A DNA stretch of 64,000 nt from Podarcis tiliguerta (taxonomy: Eukaryota): assembly GCA_965153285.1 (NCBI GenBank), contig OZ229114.1; one strand, 5' to 3'. The translations under genes were made by a program, and so were the position numbers. This document shows, piece by piece, positions 1-11,932 of this stretch (the first letter of the stretch is position 1; each line of letters opens with the position of its first letter). The notes below the pieces were generated by a model. It was not told the origin of the DNA and did no database searches. It was given only the letters and a program-made list of their open reading frames with translations.

Positions 1-960
1 ACAAAGCCCAGGACGATGGCTTCTTCCTTGCTTGACAGAGCACAATAGCATCATCATAACAATATCAAGTAACACTGGAAGGTGGCTGCTTTAAAGGGCT
101 ATTTTATTCCATCATATCTTCCTGCTCTCAAACAGTATAAAAAGAGAAGAGACAAATGCAAGATATAAGCAAAAGGAAATGTCCCATTTTTATTTTACCA
201 ACGGCAGCTTCCTTTGTGTGCCACATAGCACTTGGAGAGATTTGTGTTGTGTGAGAGAAAATAGTTAACCCCTTTCCTCTACTACACTGTAAAAATCAGG
301 ACCCCTTGGGCTACTATTTATTTAAAGTCTTAAAAATAAGCACGGATAAAGAAACTACATTTTTAACTTAATGCATAGTTTGGCACTACCTTTATAGGGC
401 ATGTTGTTTAAGGCTTAAGAACTTTCAAAAGGACACATGTAATAGGAAATTGTGGGGTTTACAATGCTGTAGTTGCAATCCAGTTTGTGCCTTCATTTTA
501 TACACATTTGGGATATAATATGTTTCCTGAAAAAAACCAATAAAAGTGCTAATAATGAAAAGAAAAGTGTATAGAACACTCTGAAAATGCATGCCTTCTT
601 GCAATTCAGTTTTGAAAACTTCTGATAGCAGTTATTTGAACCGTACTGAAAATTTTGCTCCCTCCTGAAATCCCTTCGCACCTCCCCTCCCTCTCATAGA
701 AATGGCACCCCTGACTTTTTTGTTCTTGAAGCTAAAACTCCTAAAGCAGTTTAGCCAAGCAGCAAACAAACATAATAGGAAACGGAAGGGAAATTTGGCA
801 ACATTTGTAAGGATTCCATTTCACAGCGGCAGACACTTGGCACAAGACTCAACTGGCTGTGTGCTATTCTACCGCAGCAAGTAATGTTTGCAAGAGCTAT
901 ACAAGGAATTCAAAAGTCCTGGAACGTTAACAGGGCTTAGTGAAATATTTAGCCTTCCTA

Positions 961-1295
961 GGGTGGCACTGTGGTCCAAACCACTGAGCCTAGGGCTTGC
1001 CGATCGGAAGGTCGGCGGTTCGAATCCCCGTGATGGGGTGAGCTCCTGTTGTTCGGTCCCAGCTCCTGCCCACCTAGCAGTTCGAAAGCACACCAGTGCA
1101 AGTAGATAAATAGGTAGGAAGGTAAACTGTGTTTTTGTGCGCTGCTGTGGTTTGCCAGAAGTGGCTTAGTCATGCTGGTCACATGACCCAGAAGCTGTAC
1201 GCTGGCTCCCTCAGCCAATAAAGCAAGATGAGCGCCACAACCCCAGAGTCGTCTACGACTGGACCTAATGGTCAGGGGTACCTTTACCTTTACCT
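961..1295 (+). mobile_element. Sauria SINE (Squam1)
   Basis: tRNA-like head with B-box GGTTCGAATCC, characteristic body (GCAAGTAGATAAATAGGTA...GGCTTAGTCATGCTGG) and ACCTTT tandem tail; three more copies in the window. Confidence 0.95.
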
Positions 1296-1449
1296 AGGTT
1301 TGTAAAAAGTGTGCTAATCATCTGGATAGTGGAGTGAAATAGATTAAAATTAAGATTATCCTGTATCCTAACACAAAACAATAAGTATAGAGGTCAATTT
1401 AATATCATCAGTATGTAGTGTTTCGGGGGGGGGGGGGGAGAGAGAGAGA

Positions 1450-1594
1450 TCAGTTAGTTAGAACATGGTGTTGATAATGCCAAGGTTGCAAGTTCGATCA
1501 TCGTATGGGACAACTTCATATTCCTGCTTTGCAGAGGGTTGGACTAGATGATCCTCAGGGTCCCTCCCAACTCTACAATTCTACGATTCTATGA
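1450..1594 (+). mobile_element. tRNA-Ile-headed SINE with CR1-type 3' tail
   Basis: Head TCAGTTAGTTAGAACATGGTGTTGATAATGCCAAGGTTGCAAGTTCGATC resembles tRNA-Ile; tail GGACTAGATGATCCTC...CCAACTCTACAATTCTACGATTCTATGA matches the CR1 3' end at 11780-11932. Confidence 0.85.
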
Positions 1595-2315
1595 AAACCT
1601 CAAAGATAGATAGACAGATAACCCTTACATGTAGAAGGGCCCATGGTCATATTCTTTCCCTCTCTGTCTAAAATATGCACATATACAGTGCAAATGTCAT
1701 TTCATCTGGGTACATTAAAATAGCTTAGCCTCATTACTAAGGGAGTTTTCACAAAAACAAAACAAAACTTCAAATCCTGCAAGCTTGCCCATCCAGGGTG
1801 GAAACACCTGTAATTTCTGGTCTAAAAGTGTGCACTGGAAGTTGGCATTTCACTGCTCATAAAAGAGGCTTCAGACCACCACCACAGGAGACATTTGCAT
1901 GATTGTGGAGCCCTGGCTTCTGTTGATGCTTTGTTCCAAGCAGACTGGCTGAAGACTTTTACATCATAAAGGTTATCTTCATAAACCAGAAATAGACCAG
2001 GAAATGTATTTTTCTGTGCCTTTGCAAATGAAAGTTTCAATTCCAGAAAAGTTGTATGGATAAAAACTAAATCACTATAACCTATGCCTTCTCTAGTTTA
2101 TGTTGGCTATGATAAAAAGTGTAGCTGTAATACAGGGCATAATTATATTTTTTCATGTCTGTATCCTATGCACACTTCCCTGGGAGTAAGCCCTGTTGGA
2201 CACAGTAGGACTTATGCTTCAGTGAACACGCATAAGATTCTTTTTCTTGCTTTTAAGTGTAAATATATTTACTTGGAAGTACACCCCACTGAAATTAATG
2301 GGCCTTCCTTTCAAG

Positions 2316-2758
2316 TAGGGTGGCTACCTATGTATTCCCTCAAAAAGAAGAAATACATCACCAAAAATATGGCACACATTTCCATAATATTTACATATGC
2401 AAATTTGGAAATCATTACTGTAATTTAAATAGGAGTAGAATACATCTCACCATAGTGGGGGAGAATGAGCAAAGGATCTGTAGTGTGTTCAGGTACTAAT
2501 TGTTGAAGGCAAAGAGTCCTCTATTTGAAAGATCCTCTAGTTCATGCCTGGTTGAAAGATTACAGACTATAAGGAGGGATCAGTGACCTTGTAGTTGCCC
2601 TTGAACAGTTAGTACCTGGACACACCTGTGAGCAGACACACAGACCAAAGCCCCTGCCTACTTCTTATAGTACTTCTTAATCTTTAAAGAAGACTTGGAC
2701 CAGAGAACACTTCAAATAGAGGACTCTCCTCTATAAAGTAGGATATTTGCTCACCTTA
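2316..2758. mobile_element. Non-autonomous hAT (Blackjack-like) element nested in a small palindromic MITE
   Basis: Perfect 8-bp TSD CTTTCAAG (2308-2315 and 2759-2766); termini TAGGGTGGC / GCTCACCTTA. Confidence 0.8.
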
Positions 2759-4260
2759 CTTTCAAGTGAACATGGCTAGGATCAGGTTGCACGTTTCTTT
2801 GGCATCATTAAGGGGATTGTTCTCCATGCTTGGATTAGGCCTTAAATCTTCTAAATGATGCAGGCAAATATTCAACCAACTCATTCCAGTGAACTAAAGC
2901 AGTTTACACATACCCTAAAAAATATCCAAGTATAAACAGATGCAACCCAATGACATCCTCCACTGAGAACTAAGGCTTCCTACCATGGGGAAACACACCC
3001 CTTAATTTCCCTGGGCTCTGATTTTTGACAGAATGGCATCCAGGAATTGGCATTAAAAATGATGTGTGTTCAAACATCCGTTTTATTATACGACATGGGG
3101 CTGCACCTCTGTTTGCGCTACTCACCAACAACCTTGCATTCCCCCATCCATGTTACCCCTCTTCTCTTCCCACCCCAATAAATTACTAAACTAATTTTCA
3201 ACTTCCCAACCACTTTTGCTCATGCAAATCCAGGATTGTGGTACCACACTACATATCCTCCAATGGGGGCTGCATGATGACAGCTTTACATTTGTACGTT
3301 CATCGGAAGATAAGATTCTTATAAGTTTCCATTAAAAATACAAAACAATGCTTGACAGCCCCATTGCTATGAATGACTCAAGTGTTCGCCAGAGTTCCTG
3401 TTTTGATTGGTTTTCTAAGCTGAGCCCATTAAAGTAATGGTGATTTCTTTAAGTGCCCTGATTAGCCAAGAGATCAAAATGCATCAAGTCAAAAGGCCAA
3501 CCAGTTGTATGTTTAATTAAGGCTTAAGAACTTTCAAAAGGACACATCCAAAGCAATTCCCTCTCTTTGCCTCAGCTAATGACCTGAATTGTTAAAAAGA
3601 AGAAAAAGGAGATGTATATGAGGCTGCTTGACAGGAGTGACAGAAAGGGAACAAGAGGATGCTGCTGCATCTAAAAATCTCTGCCATGCCAACAAAGCAA
3701 GTGAACATGAAGTAAGATTGCATATTCATGTGGGGTAGGCTTAAATGGAAGGGGGGAAACAAAAGAAAGCCGTACAGAAGGATTCCTGGCCCTCACTCAA
3801 TGACCTACTCTTTCATGGTGGTATCAAAGTGGTTAGGATCCTTCCACAATTGACAGAAATGTCATATTTCATACACATGTAGGCCAAGACACTCGGATAA
3901 CTAAAAGAAAAATGTCGGCAAGTCATATCCAGCACATCTAACACACAAAATGTACAATGCAAAGTCGACTACGCATACTGTCAGGAAAACGGCCAGCAGT
4001 ATGGCCTATAAATCCATCACATGAGACACGAAGGGGGGGGGCTCCTCTTTTGCATGCTTCAGTCAGTCTTGAAGTGGGGGGTGCAAGTGGAATTAAGGAG
4101 ACAAGCCACATGTGAAACTGAAAAGATGTGGCCATTCCTGCATGCAGTTGAATATTCTAATAATCCCAAGAGGCTGGGGGGGGGGGGATTGGTATGGTAG
4201 GAATGCAGAATGAAGCTGTACAGAGTGACCGGCTATTTTGTGCCCCAGGAAAGCCTAACC

Positions 4261-4512
4261 CAGGGGTCTGCAACCTTTAAGACAAAAAGAGCCACTTGGA
4301 CCCATTTCCGAGGAAAAAAAACAAACTGGGAGCCACAAAACTAACGCACCCACCGCCCCCATGCGATGTCACGGCCAGTACAGCGCCCGCCACAGTGGGG
4401 AGTGACGGGGCGCACAATGCGCCTCCTCCCCTCGCTAGTATCCGCCCCGGAGCCGCAGCAAAGGTGTAAAAGAGCCACATGCGGCTCCGGAGCCGCGGGT
4501 TGCAGACCCCTG
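4261..4512. mobile_element. Young hAT (Charlie-like) MITE
   Basis: TIR CAGGGGTCTGCAACC / GGTTGCAGACCCCTG; perfect 8-bp TSD GCCTAACC; CpG-rich interior. Confidence 0.93.
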
Positions 4513-5911
4513 GCCTAACCACTTTCATGCCACTCCCAGCCCCGCCTTCCCCGAAAATCGCTAACTTCAATTTTCAAAAACAGATATTTTAGAGATATGA
4601 TAAAAGTCATCAAAACAGAAAATAAAAGTAAATATTATCTCCTCCTGAACCCTGAAAGAAGCAATCTGAACAATAAAGTTTGTCCATCACCATGTGATAG
4701 TTTTTCCCATTTAAACGGAGCAACTGCATTCCAAATAAGTAATGAGCCCCTGGGTCTAACCACCATTTTAGTTTCCCACAATGCCCCAAACAATACGAAG
4801 TTGGAACATTCTGAGAAATTAAGATGATGATGCTTGGAGTGAAGGTCAGGGGGTGGAAATCAAGCAGGTCAGGTCAGGTATAAATCAGGCATAAGTGGTG
4901 CCGGGACCCTGGCATCTGCCGAAGGATGCCAGACTCTGAAGCAGGCCCTAAAACCATGTTTTAAAATGTATTTCGTTTCAGATTAGTCTTGCATATCTGA
5001 GAAATGTTCTGCTTTGTACCCTTTCAGAAGCTGAAGTTAAACCTCTCACATTCTTTCTGGTATCTGCTCCTGGAACACAGATCACTGTTACTCAATATGA
5101 CTCAGGAGTAAAACTGTGAAAGAAAGAGGGGGTTTCTCCCCCCCCCCACTAACTATGAACCAAAAGCTGTGAAGCATCTCCTCATGGCAATTTTGTCACA
5201 TAATTCTCCAGTGTGTCCTTATAGGTCAATCAAGGAAATGGCCAGACTGATTTAATGGCCCACAGAACAATTCAAAAGTATCATGTAAGCAGGCAAACAT
5301 AACATTCCACAGACAGCTTAGCATGTCATTAGTGCTTCTTGACTAAAGCAAATTATCTTTCTTAGTTTTAGGAAACAATTATACAAACCCAGCAGAAAAT
5401 GCATTATGCTTTCCCATATAGAATGAACAAAGAGAATTTAATCTTAAAGTTGTTTCACACATGCATGCCCACCCATCATTTAAATGTCTGCAAAATCAAG
5501 TGTGAAGAACGGACCCTTGCAAATCATACTACTACCAGAGACAGATATTATATTTTTGCCTCACATTCACCTCAGATGCAATGTCTTTCCACTCACTCAG
5601 CTGCTAGTCATTATGAGGTTATTCCAATAGGCATGGTCATAACCCAATGACCATAGCATTCAGAGATTATCTATCTGCCTGTGTGAACGGGCCACCATTG
5701 ATCAATTTTTGCACCATCCAAACACACATTCTGTTGCTGGTCATCAAGTCTACACTAACCCAACATAAAGAAATTCAGCAATGCATATGCATTGTGAACA
5801 AGGCATAAACACATCAGTTATCTATCCAACTTTGCACCCCTGCCCCCCCAAAACACCAACTATCTTGCTCATAGGCTTTCTTTCTTCCCAGTCAAGATGC
5901 ATTTGGATATA

Positions 5912-6153
5912 CAGTGGTACCTCGGGTTACAGACGTTTCAGGTTACAGACACTTCAGGTTACAGACTCCGCTAACCCAGAAGTAGTACCTGGGGTTAAGA
6001 ACTTTGCTTCAGGATGAGAACAGAAATCGTGCTCTGGTGGCGCGGCGGCAGCTGGAGGCCCCATTAGCTAAAGTGGTGCTTCAGGTTAAGAACAGTTTCA
6101 GGTTAAGAACAGACCTCCGGAATGAATTAAGTTCTTAACCCGAGGTACCACTG
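5912..6153 (+). mobile_element. Tc1/mariner-superfamily (Tigger/pogo-like) MITE
   Basis: TIR CAGTGGTACCTCGGGTTA, TA TSD, internal CAGGTTACAGAC/CAGGTTAAGAAC repeats; copies at 33400, 56078 and 62429. Confidence 0.92.
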
Positions 6154-6677
6154 TACCTTGTAATGTCGTATACTATCATAATCTCCTGAAAACAGGGAGG
6201 GCCACCACCACCAAATACACACAAGAAACATGGTGCTCTCCAGAAGTTGTTGGACTACAACTCCCATCATCCCTAGACTTTGGCCATGGTGGCAGAAGCT
6301 GATGAAAGTTGGGAGTCCTGCGACCGAGTCCAGCCACATTGGCCACCCTGAGCTGTTTACATGTGAGAGCTATATGGAGCCTCTGTCTTCAGAGGCATTA
6401 CACCTCTGAATCCTAAATGCTGGAGAAATGCGATGCTGTCTGCATGTGCTGCTAGTAAGTTTCCCAGATGCCTCTGGCAGCCAAATGTTGGGAAGGCTGT
6501 TCTTTTTGGTTTTTGTTTAATGCAGGAGTTCAGCTCAGAGTCTCACTCTGAGGACCCAAAAAGCACTTAAAACAGTCTGACCTGTCCTTGACATTGCAGA
6601 TGTTTGGCCATGTCCTGCAAGTGTATTCCTCCAATGATCTCAAGAGGACCCTGTAGGCTTCCCCAAGAAGGAATGGG

Positions 6678-6809
6678 ACTCACCTGCTGCTGTTTTGACA
6701 GAAACGTGGCAATATGCAGCAAGCAAAGAAAAGATGAAAATGACAAATGCTGCCTCTAAATTAAAGGCAGAGGAAGGGAATCTAAATGGCTGTTCCACTG
6801 GTTTTTATA
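6678..6809 (-). promoter_or_regulatory. Putative TATA-box promoter and non-coding first exon
   Basis: TATAAAAA at 6809-6802 on the minus strand, a plausible start ~28 nt downstream, and perfect donor CAG|GTGAGT at 6684/6683; unique sequence. Confidence 0.4.
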
Positions 6810-7704
6810 CAGGCAAATGGAATCAGTAAGAATACTTAGTAATAAACTATGGAAAGAGAATAAGATTTGGAAAATGAGGCCTCAAGCTTTCATTTCATTT
6901 ACTGGACTTTATTAATAAATAGCTGCCTTCCTATTCTGGCACTCTAAATTCTGAATGCGTTCTCTCACCAAAGAAGTACAGAGCTGTGTTACAGGAGGCA
7001 GCAGTACAGTTTCCGTACAACGTAGCGATGCCATCAAGTGGTCAACAGATGCAGTGGTCGGTTTTCCCTCAACATAATGCTAATACGCATTCAGCAAAGT
7101 CTATAATACTGACTAGAGAATTAGAAAGCATCATAGCTTAGAAGTATAGTGTTTGTTCATTAAATGGAAACTAATGTACAATTTTAAAAAATCTGTTCCG
7201 TATTTGCCAGAACACCCAGAGGTGGAAGTTATTACTCTGAGACTGGATTTGTGTCTTTACCCTGTGCTTAATACAAATAGGACTGGCACTGAAATTTTGT
7301 GCAATGGAGTGTTCCTTTTCAGGGTTCCAGCTAGCCAGTCATGTCACCTTCTGAGATATTCCATTCCACCCAAGTCTCCTTGCTCACTCATCCAACAGCC
7401 AGTACCCGCTAAGTACATTCATTCCTCATTGAGCTGCTTTGGTTTTCTCCCACATTTAGGGTTCTTTTCTTTCATAGCATTTTTAATGTACTTCTGCAAA
7501 ACTTGGAGTTCCTCCAAGGCCACGAGCACCTATTTTACGCATGAATGACATTGTTTTGACTCACTCAAAGAATCCACGCTCAGAGAACGAGTCCGCTCTC
7601 TGCATATAGGATTGTGTACGCAACAAACCTATTAATGGATTTCCTGTGATAAATATACACATACCTTGTTGCTCTTTTTGCTAAAAATAACTTAAGTTTA
7701 TTCA

Positions 7705-7925
7705 CAGAGTAATTTTCCTAAGTGCTCAAAAGTGCTTCATATAAACTCTCTCCGAAACAATCCTGTAAGGCAGGTTAGCATTACTGCCTTTATGCTATAA
7801 ATGTGGTCTTGGAGATGCAAGATTGTGACTTGCTTAAGGCCACAGTGTGAATTTATGTCTGAGATGAGCTTTGCGTCAGGAATTCCTAGTTCGTAACTCC
7901 ACCCCCCCCTATTACTAAGCTATAT
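7705..7925 (-). mobile_element. Old MIR/CORE-like SINE
   Basis: Degenerate motifs AAGTGCTTCA, ACAATCCTGTAAGGCAGG and GTGACTTGCTTAAGGCCACA. Confidence 0.6.
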
Positions 7926-8051
7926 TAACAATACCCTTCTGCACCCTACCATGGAAGTAGATGAATGAACAGAATATTCTGTACTTAGGCATATTAGAAA
8001 GATCTAGACCCCAGATGGCAAGGGTTTCACTTTGGGCAGAACACGCTATCC

Positions 8052-8187
8052 CAGGCATCCCCAACCTGTGGCCCTCCAGATGTTTTGGCCTACAACTCCC
8101 ATAATCCCTAGCTAACAGGACCAGTGGTCAGGGATGATGGGAATTACAGTCCAAAACATCTGGAGGGCCGAAGATTGGGGATGCCTG
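8052..8187. mobile_element. Palindromic hAT MITE (URR1-like)
   Basis: TIR CAGGCATCCCCAA / TTGGGGATGCCTG with long internal inverted symmetry; 6/8 TSD match; decayed relatives near 6230-6350, 33010-33140 and 39125-39210. Confidence 0.85.
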
Positions 8188-8619
8188 CTCTATACCCTAC
8201 CATACCAAAGTAATGTCACTTGGACAGACCAACCTAATTCCATTCCATGTCAGTTTCACATGGGTTCAGTCACAAATCCATTCCACCCTGTTTTCTGTGG
8301 AACCTCTTCCCATCTACAATTGTTCAAACACTCATGTGGACGGCCTGTTCTGCAAGAACATTAAGGTGAAGCATGGTCCATAAATTGGAAAGATGTATTT
8401 TCTTCTATTCTAGCCTTTGCTTGGAATTTGGGAATTGCAGATGTTCTCCTTTCCTTTTATTCGCATATTTTGCTGCCCTTGTTTTTGCACAAATCACAAT
8501 ATTTTGGATAGTCTCCATTCGCAAACACAAATGCAATGGCCATCACTGGTTTACATGAAACACCAGGCCATGATTTAGAACTATGTGTACAACCTACAAC
8601 AAGCTCAAGCGAAGTATTT

Positions 8620-9620
8620 TTTGCCAATTATTTTAATTGATTTTCCATAATTTTAAAGAAATTGTCAGCAAATTAATAGAAATTCAATACAAATTTAAAA
8701 ACTGACTTCCCACCCCCACCCCAGATGTCCCCTCCATTTTCCTCCTTCTTTTGTTGCTCCAAATAAAATAACTTTTCCAACTATCATTTCAAAATACATT
8801 CATCCCTTCTCCCTACACATCACCTGTTTGATTACCAATTTCTGCTATGGCTTTTATACATTGTTATAACCTGTCCTCAGAATAGTTGAGAAGAGTAAAT
8901 CCTCTTTTATCTACCTATAATAGTCATTCATCAATTTTGAAACATTTCCTTCTGATACCTCTTGAGTAACACTTTGCCTGTGAAAAACACGCACACATTC
9001 CTCCCTAACATGGCCTTGAACATTGCTGTCTGACATCTGGACCCCAGTAATAAACAACTGGAACTGTGTGCAGAGGGTGAAAATTAAACCCCTGGGGGAA
9101 AATATCTATAAATATATGATATACATGCCCACCAACACTGCCAATCTTCCAGTGTCACCCACCCTTCACATTTCACCAAATTTAACCCTCAATTTCCCAT
9201 GCAACCAGCTCATTAATAAATCATTAATAAATAACCATAATCCATATCACTTCTTCTCCATCTGAAAGTCTCAGAAGCCATCAAGATGGTATACACTGTG
9301 GTCTACCCTGTCCCTTTCACTGTTCTTTTTTCTAACTTCAACTGCATTTAAATTATACACATTTTTATTTGCATTTCCCTCCTAAAATATACCACACTTT
9401 GGCAGGGCCACTGTAATACCCAGGCTGCAGCATATGTCTCCCTGAAAGGAAAATTCCATAGAATTTTGACTCTCTCACTTTCCTCTAGTAAATATATTGC
9501 AAGCCATTTAATGTTTGAAGCTACTGAACACAGCAGTTTTACCGAAATCATATGAATACTACTCACAGATTCCACTACCCCACCACTAATCCCATGTATT
9601 AAATTCATGACAATGTACTT
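8620..9620 (-). mobile_element. Degraded L1-clade LINE (ORF2 C-terminal part plus 3' UTR)
   Basis: Minus translation IKWLAIYLLEESER...NFPFRETYAAAWVLQW resembles the L1 ORF2 ERGGxxLPNxxxYYxAAxLxW block; A/T-skewed 3' end. Confidence 0.55.
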
Positions 9621-9929
9621 CAGACATCAAAATGAGCTTCACTGGCAAGAGACAATCACATATGAAAGAGAGAGAGGAAAGAACAATAACAGCATGTCAC
9701 ATCCATTTGTTTTCTAAAGCCTAGCTCTGTATTTCCAAATATTCAAATCAAACACATTTATGAAATAAGACAGCCTTAAAAACTGCAACAGAGGCATGCA
9801 CTTCAAGGCTGAAAAGGGATCAGATGGTTGCAGAAGCTGCCCTGTCCCCTGCCTCCAGGTGTACTCCAGACCACTTGCCTGAATCCTCAGCTTTCTATTA
9901 AAAAACGAAAGCAAAGCTTTTAACTTAAG

Positions 9930-10064
9930 CAAGGCTTTTTTCAGCCAGAACTCACTGGAACCTGGTTCCAGCATCTCTTAGATGGGTACCATTGCCATTA
10001 TAAGAGAACAAAGAAAGAGTTCATGGTGAGTTCTAGCAGCTGTTTCGCTAGAAAAATAGCACTG
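9930..10064 (+). mobile_element. hAT-like MITE (CAGGGCTTTTTTTCAGCCGGAAC family)
   Basis: Homologous to 25850-25984 (-) and 48513-48624 (+); ends TAGAAAAATAGCACTG. Confidence 0.7.
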
Positions 10065-10895
10065 GATATAAAGAACATGTACGTGAGAAGATGACTCAGC
10101 TGCTCAGTGATTTTAGACCAATGAGTGCAAAAACACTAGTCAAAACACTCTCATTCAGTTGCAGCTCCTAGCTCCTTCTTGTCTTCTTCAAAATCCATCC
10201 AGTCGGGAATCCCAAGGCAAAAGCAAATGGTAGTGGAGCAAACAACTTTCTAAAGGAAAAGGCAAAAGATAAGACGGTTACAAACCAGACCTGTGTGTGA
10301 TACTGGTGGAAGTTGCAGCACACATGGATGCAACCAGTTTTCTCAGTGCTCTCAACAAAATAGTTTACCTATTTTGGACTACAGAGCAAGAAGATGTGCT
10401 CCTCATCTCTTGTACAGACCCAGTAGTTAGATGCACAGGAAACTCATGCAAGAGGCTTGGGTATGCATTGTCCAAAGAGATATGATTTTGGACTAAGCAC
10501 TGACAGAGGTGAGGCTGCTCCTGAACATCTAAAGGATTCTCCCAAAGCAGTCAGGCACATTCAGTTCTCCATCTTAGCTAACCCTGACATTGCAGTGCAA
10601 TTCCTGAAGGACAGAGCTGCTGCAGTCCTTGAGATTTAAACGCAGATACCTTCTGCCATCCTTTGGTGGATGCTCAATAAGAGCCCAATTTATTGCCCCA
10701 ATTTAAAATGCAATGAAAATCATGATAGAACAATGCTGAAACAGACAAAGAGACTATTAAAAGGAGGTCCAGGAAATATCGTAAAATGCATCTGGGGAAA
10801 GGTTGTTTCAAGATGCAGATAAAAAACAGGCTTGCACATGGAAAGGGGATTTGGTCCGCACAGATTCAGATTAATTACTGCCTAAGCACCTTTTA

Positions 10896-11477
10896 CTTTC
10901 TTGGGCTCCATGATCACTGCAGATGGTGACAGCAGTCACGGAATTAAAAGATGCCTGCTTCTTGGGAGAAAAGCGATGACAAACCTAGATAGCATCTTAA
11001 AAAGCAGAGACATCACCTTGCCGACAAAAGTCTGTATAGTTAAAGCTATGGTTTTCCCAGCAGTGATGTATGGAAGTGAGAGCTGGCTGATTGCCAAAGA
11101 ATTGATGCTTTTGAATTATGGTGCTGGAGGAGACTCTTGAGAGTCCCATGGACTGCAAGAAGATCAAACCTCTCCATTATGTAGGAAATCAGCCCTGAGT
11201 GCTCACTGGAAGGACAGATTGTGAAGCTGAGGCTCCAGTACTTTGGCTACCTCATGAGAAGAGAAGACTCCCTGGAAAAGACCCTGATGTTGAGAAGGAT
11301 GGAGGGCTCAAGGAGAAGGGGACGACAGAGGACGAGATGGTTGGACAGTGTTCTCAAAGCTACGAACATGAGTTTGACCAAACTGCGGGAGGCAGTGGAA
11401 GACAGGAGTGGCTGGCGTGCTCTGGTCCATTGGGTCATGAAGAGTCGGACAAAACTAAATGACTAAACTACAACAAC
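10896..11477 (+). mobile_element. Bov-B (RTE) LINE, 5'-truncated
   Basis: Translations LGSMITADGDSSHGIKRCLLLGRKAMTNLDSILKSRDITLPTKV and KLRLQYFGYLMRREDSLEKTLML...RRRGRQRTRWLD; (CAA)n tail; 12-bp TSD AAGCACCTTTTA (10884-10895, 11478-11489). Confidence 0.97.
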
Positions 11478-11779
11478 AAGCACCTTTTAGGAACACTTTC
11501 ATAACCACAGCAAGGATGTGTGTGAAAGGCTTTTTTCTTTCAAGTTATAAAGAATGAGTTTCTGGACTCAGCTATACAGCTGCAAATATAACATTTTAAG
11601 TGTGTTTTAAGTGCATTCTACAAATGTGACACCAGATAGTATTGGTGAGCTAATGGCAAATTCAATATATATTTTTTTAAAAACTGTTTTTTTTAAAAAA
11701 GCATTTGCACAGCGTTCTTTATATGTGTCTAGATTCCACCTCCGACTAAACAACAGCAAGAACATTCTGACAATGACTC

Positions 11780-11932
11780 CCTTGGGAGGTTGTGGACTCT
11801 TCTTCCTTGGAGGTTTTTAAACAAAGGTTGGATGGCCATCTGCCATCGATGCTTTAGTTGAGATTCCTGCATTGCAGGGGTTGGACTAGATGACCCTCGG
11901 GGACCCTTCCAACTCTACAATTCTATGATTCT
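11780..11932 (+). mobile_element. CR1 LINE 3' fragment
   Basis: TCCTTGGAGGTTTTTAAACAAAGGTTGGATGGCCATCTG...GGACTAGATGACC...ATTCTATGATTC terminus. Confidence 0.88.

Noticed and set aside
5063-5093. SAPGTQITVT resembling an antigen-receptor J segment
   Set aside because: It lacks the F/W-G motif, an upstream recombination signal sequence and a downstream donor.
5912-6153. Short regularly spaced repeats as a CRISPR-like array
   Set aside because: They are subterminal repeats within a TA-flanked MITE in a vertebrate genome, with no unique spacers or cas genes.
10297-10485. EVAAHMDATSFLSALNK resembling a BEL/Pao integrase segment
   Set aside because: The downstream SDNG catalytic motif and other pol motifs are absent.
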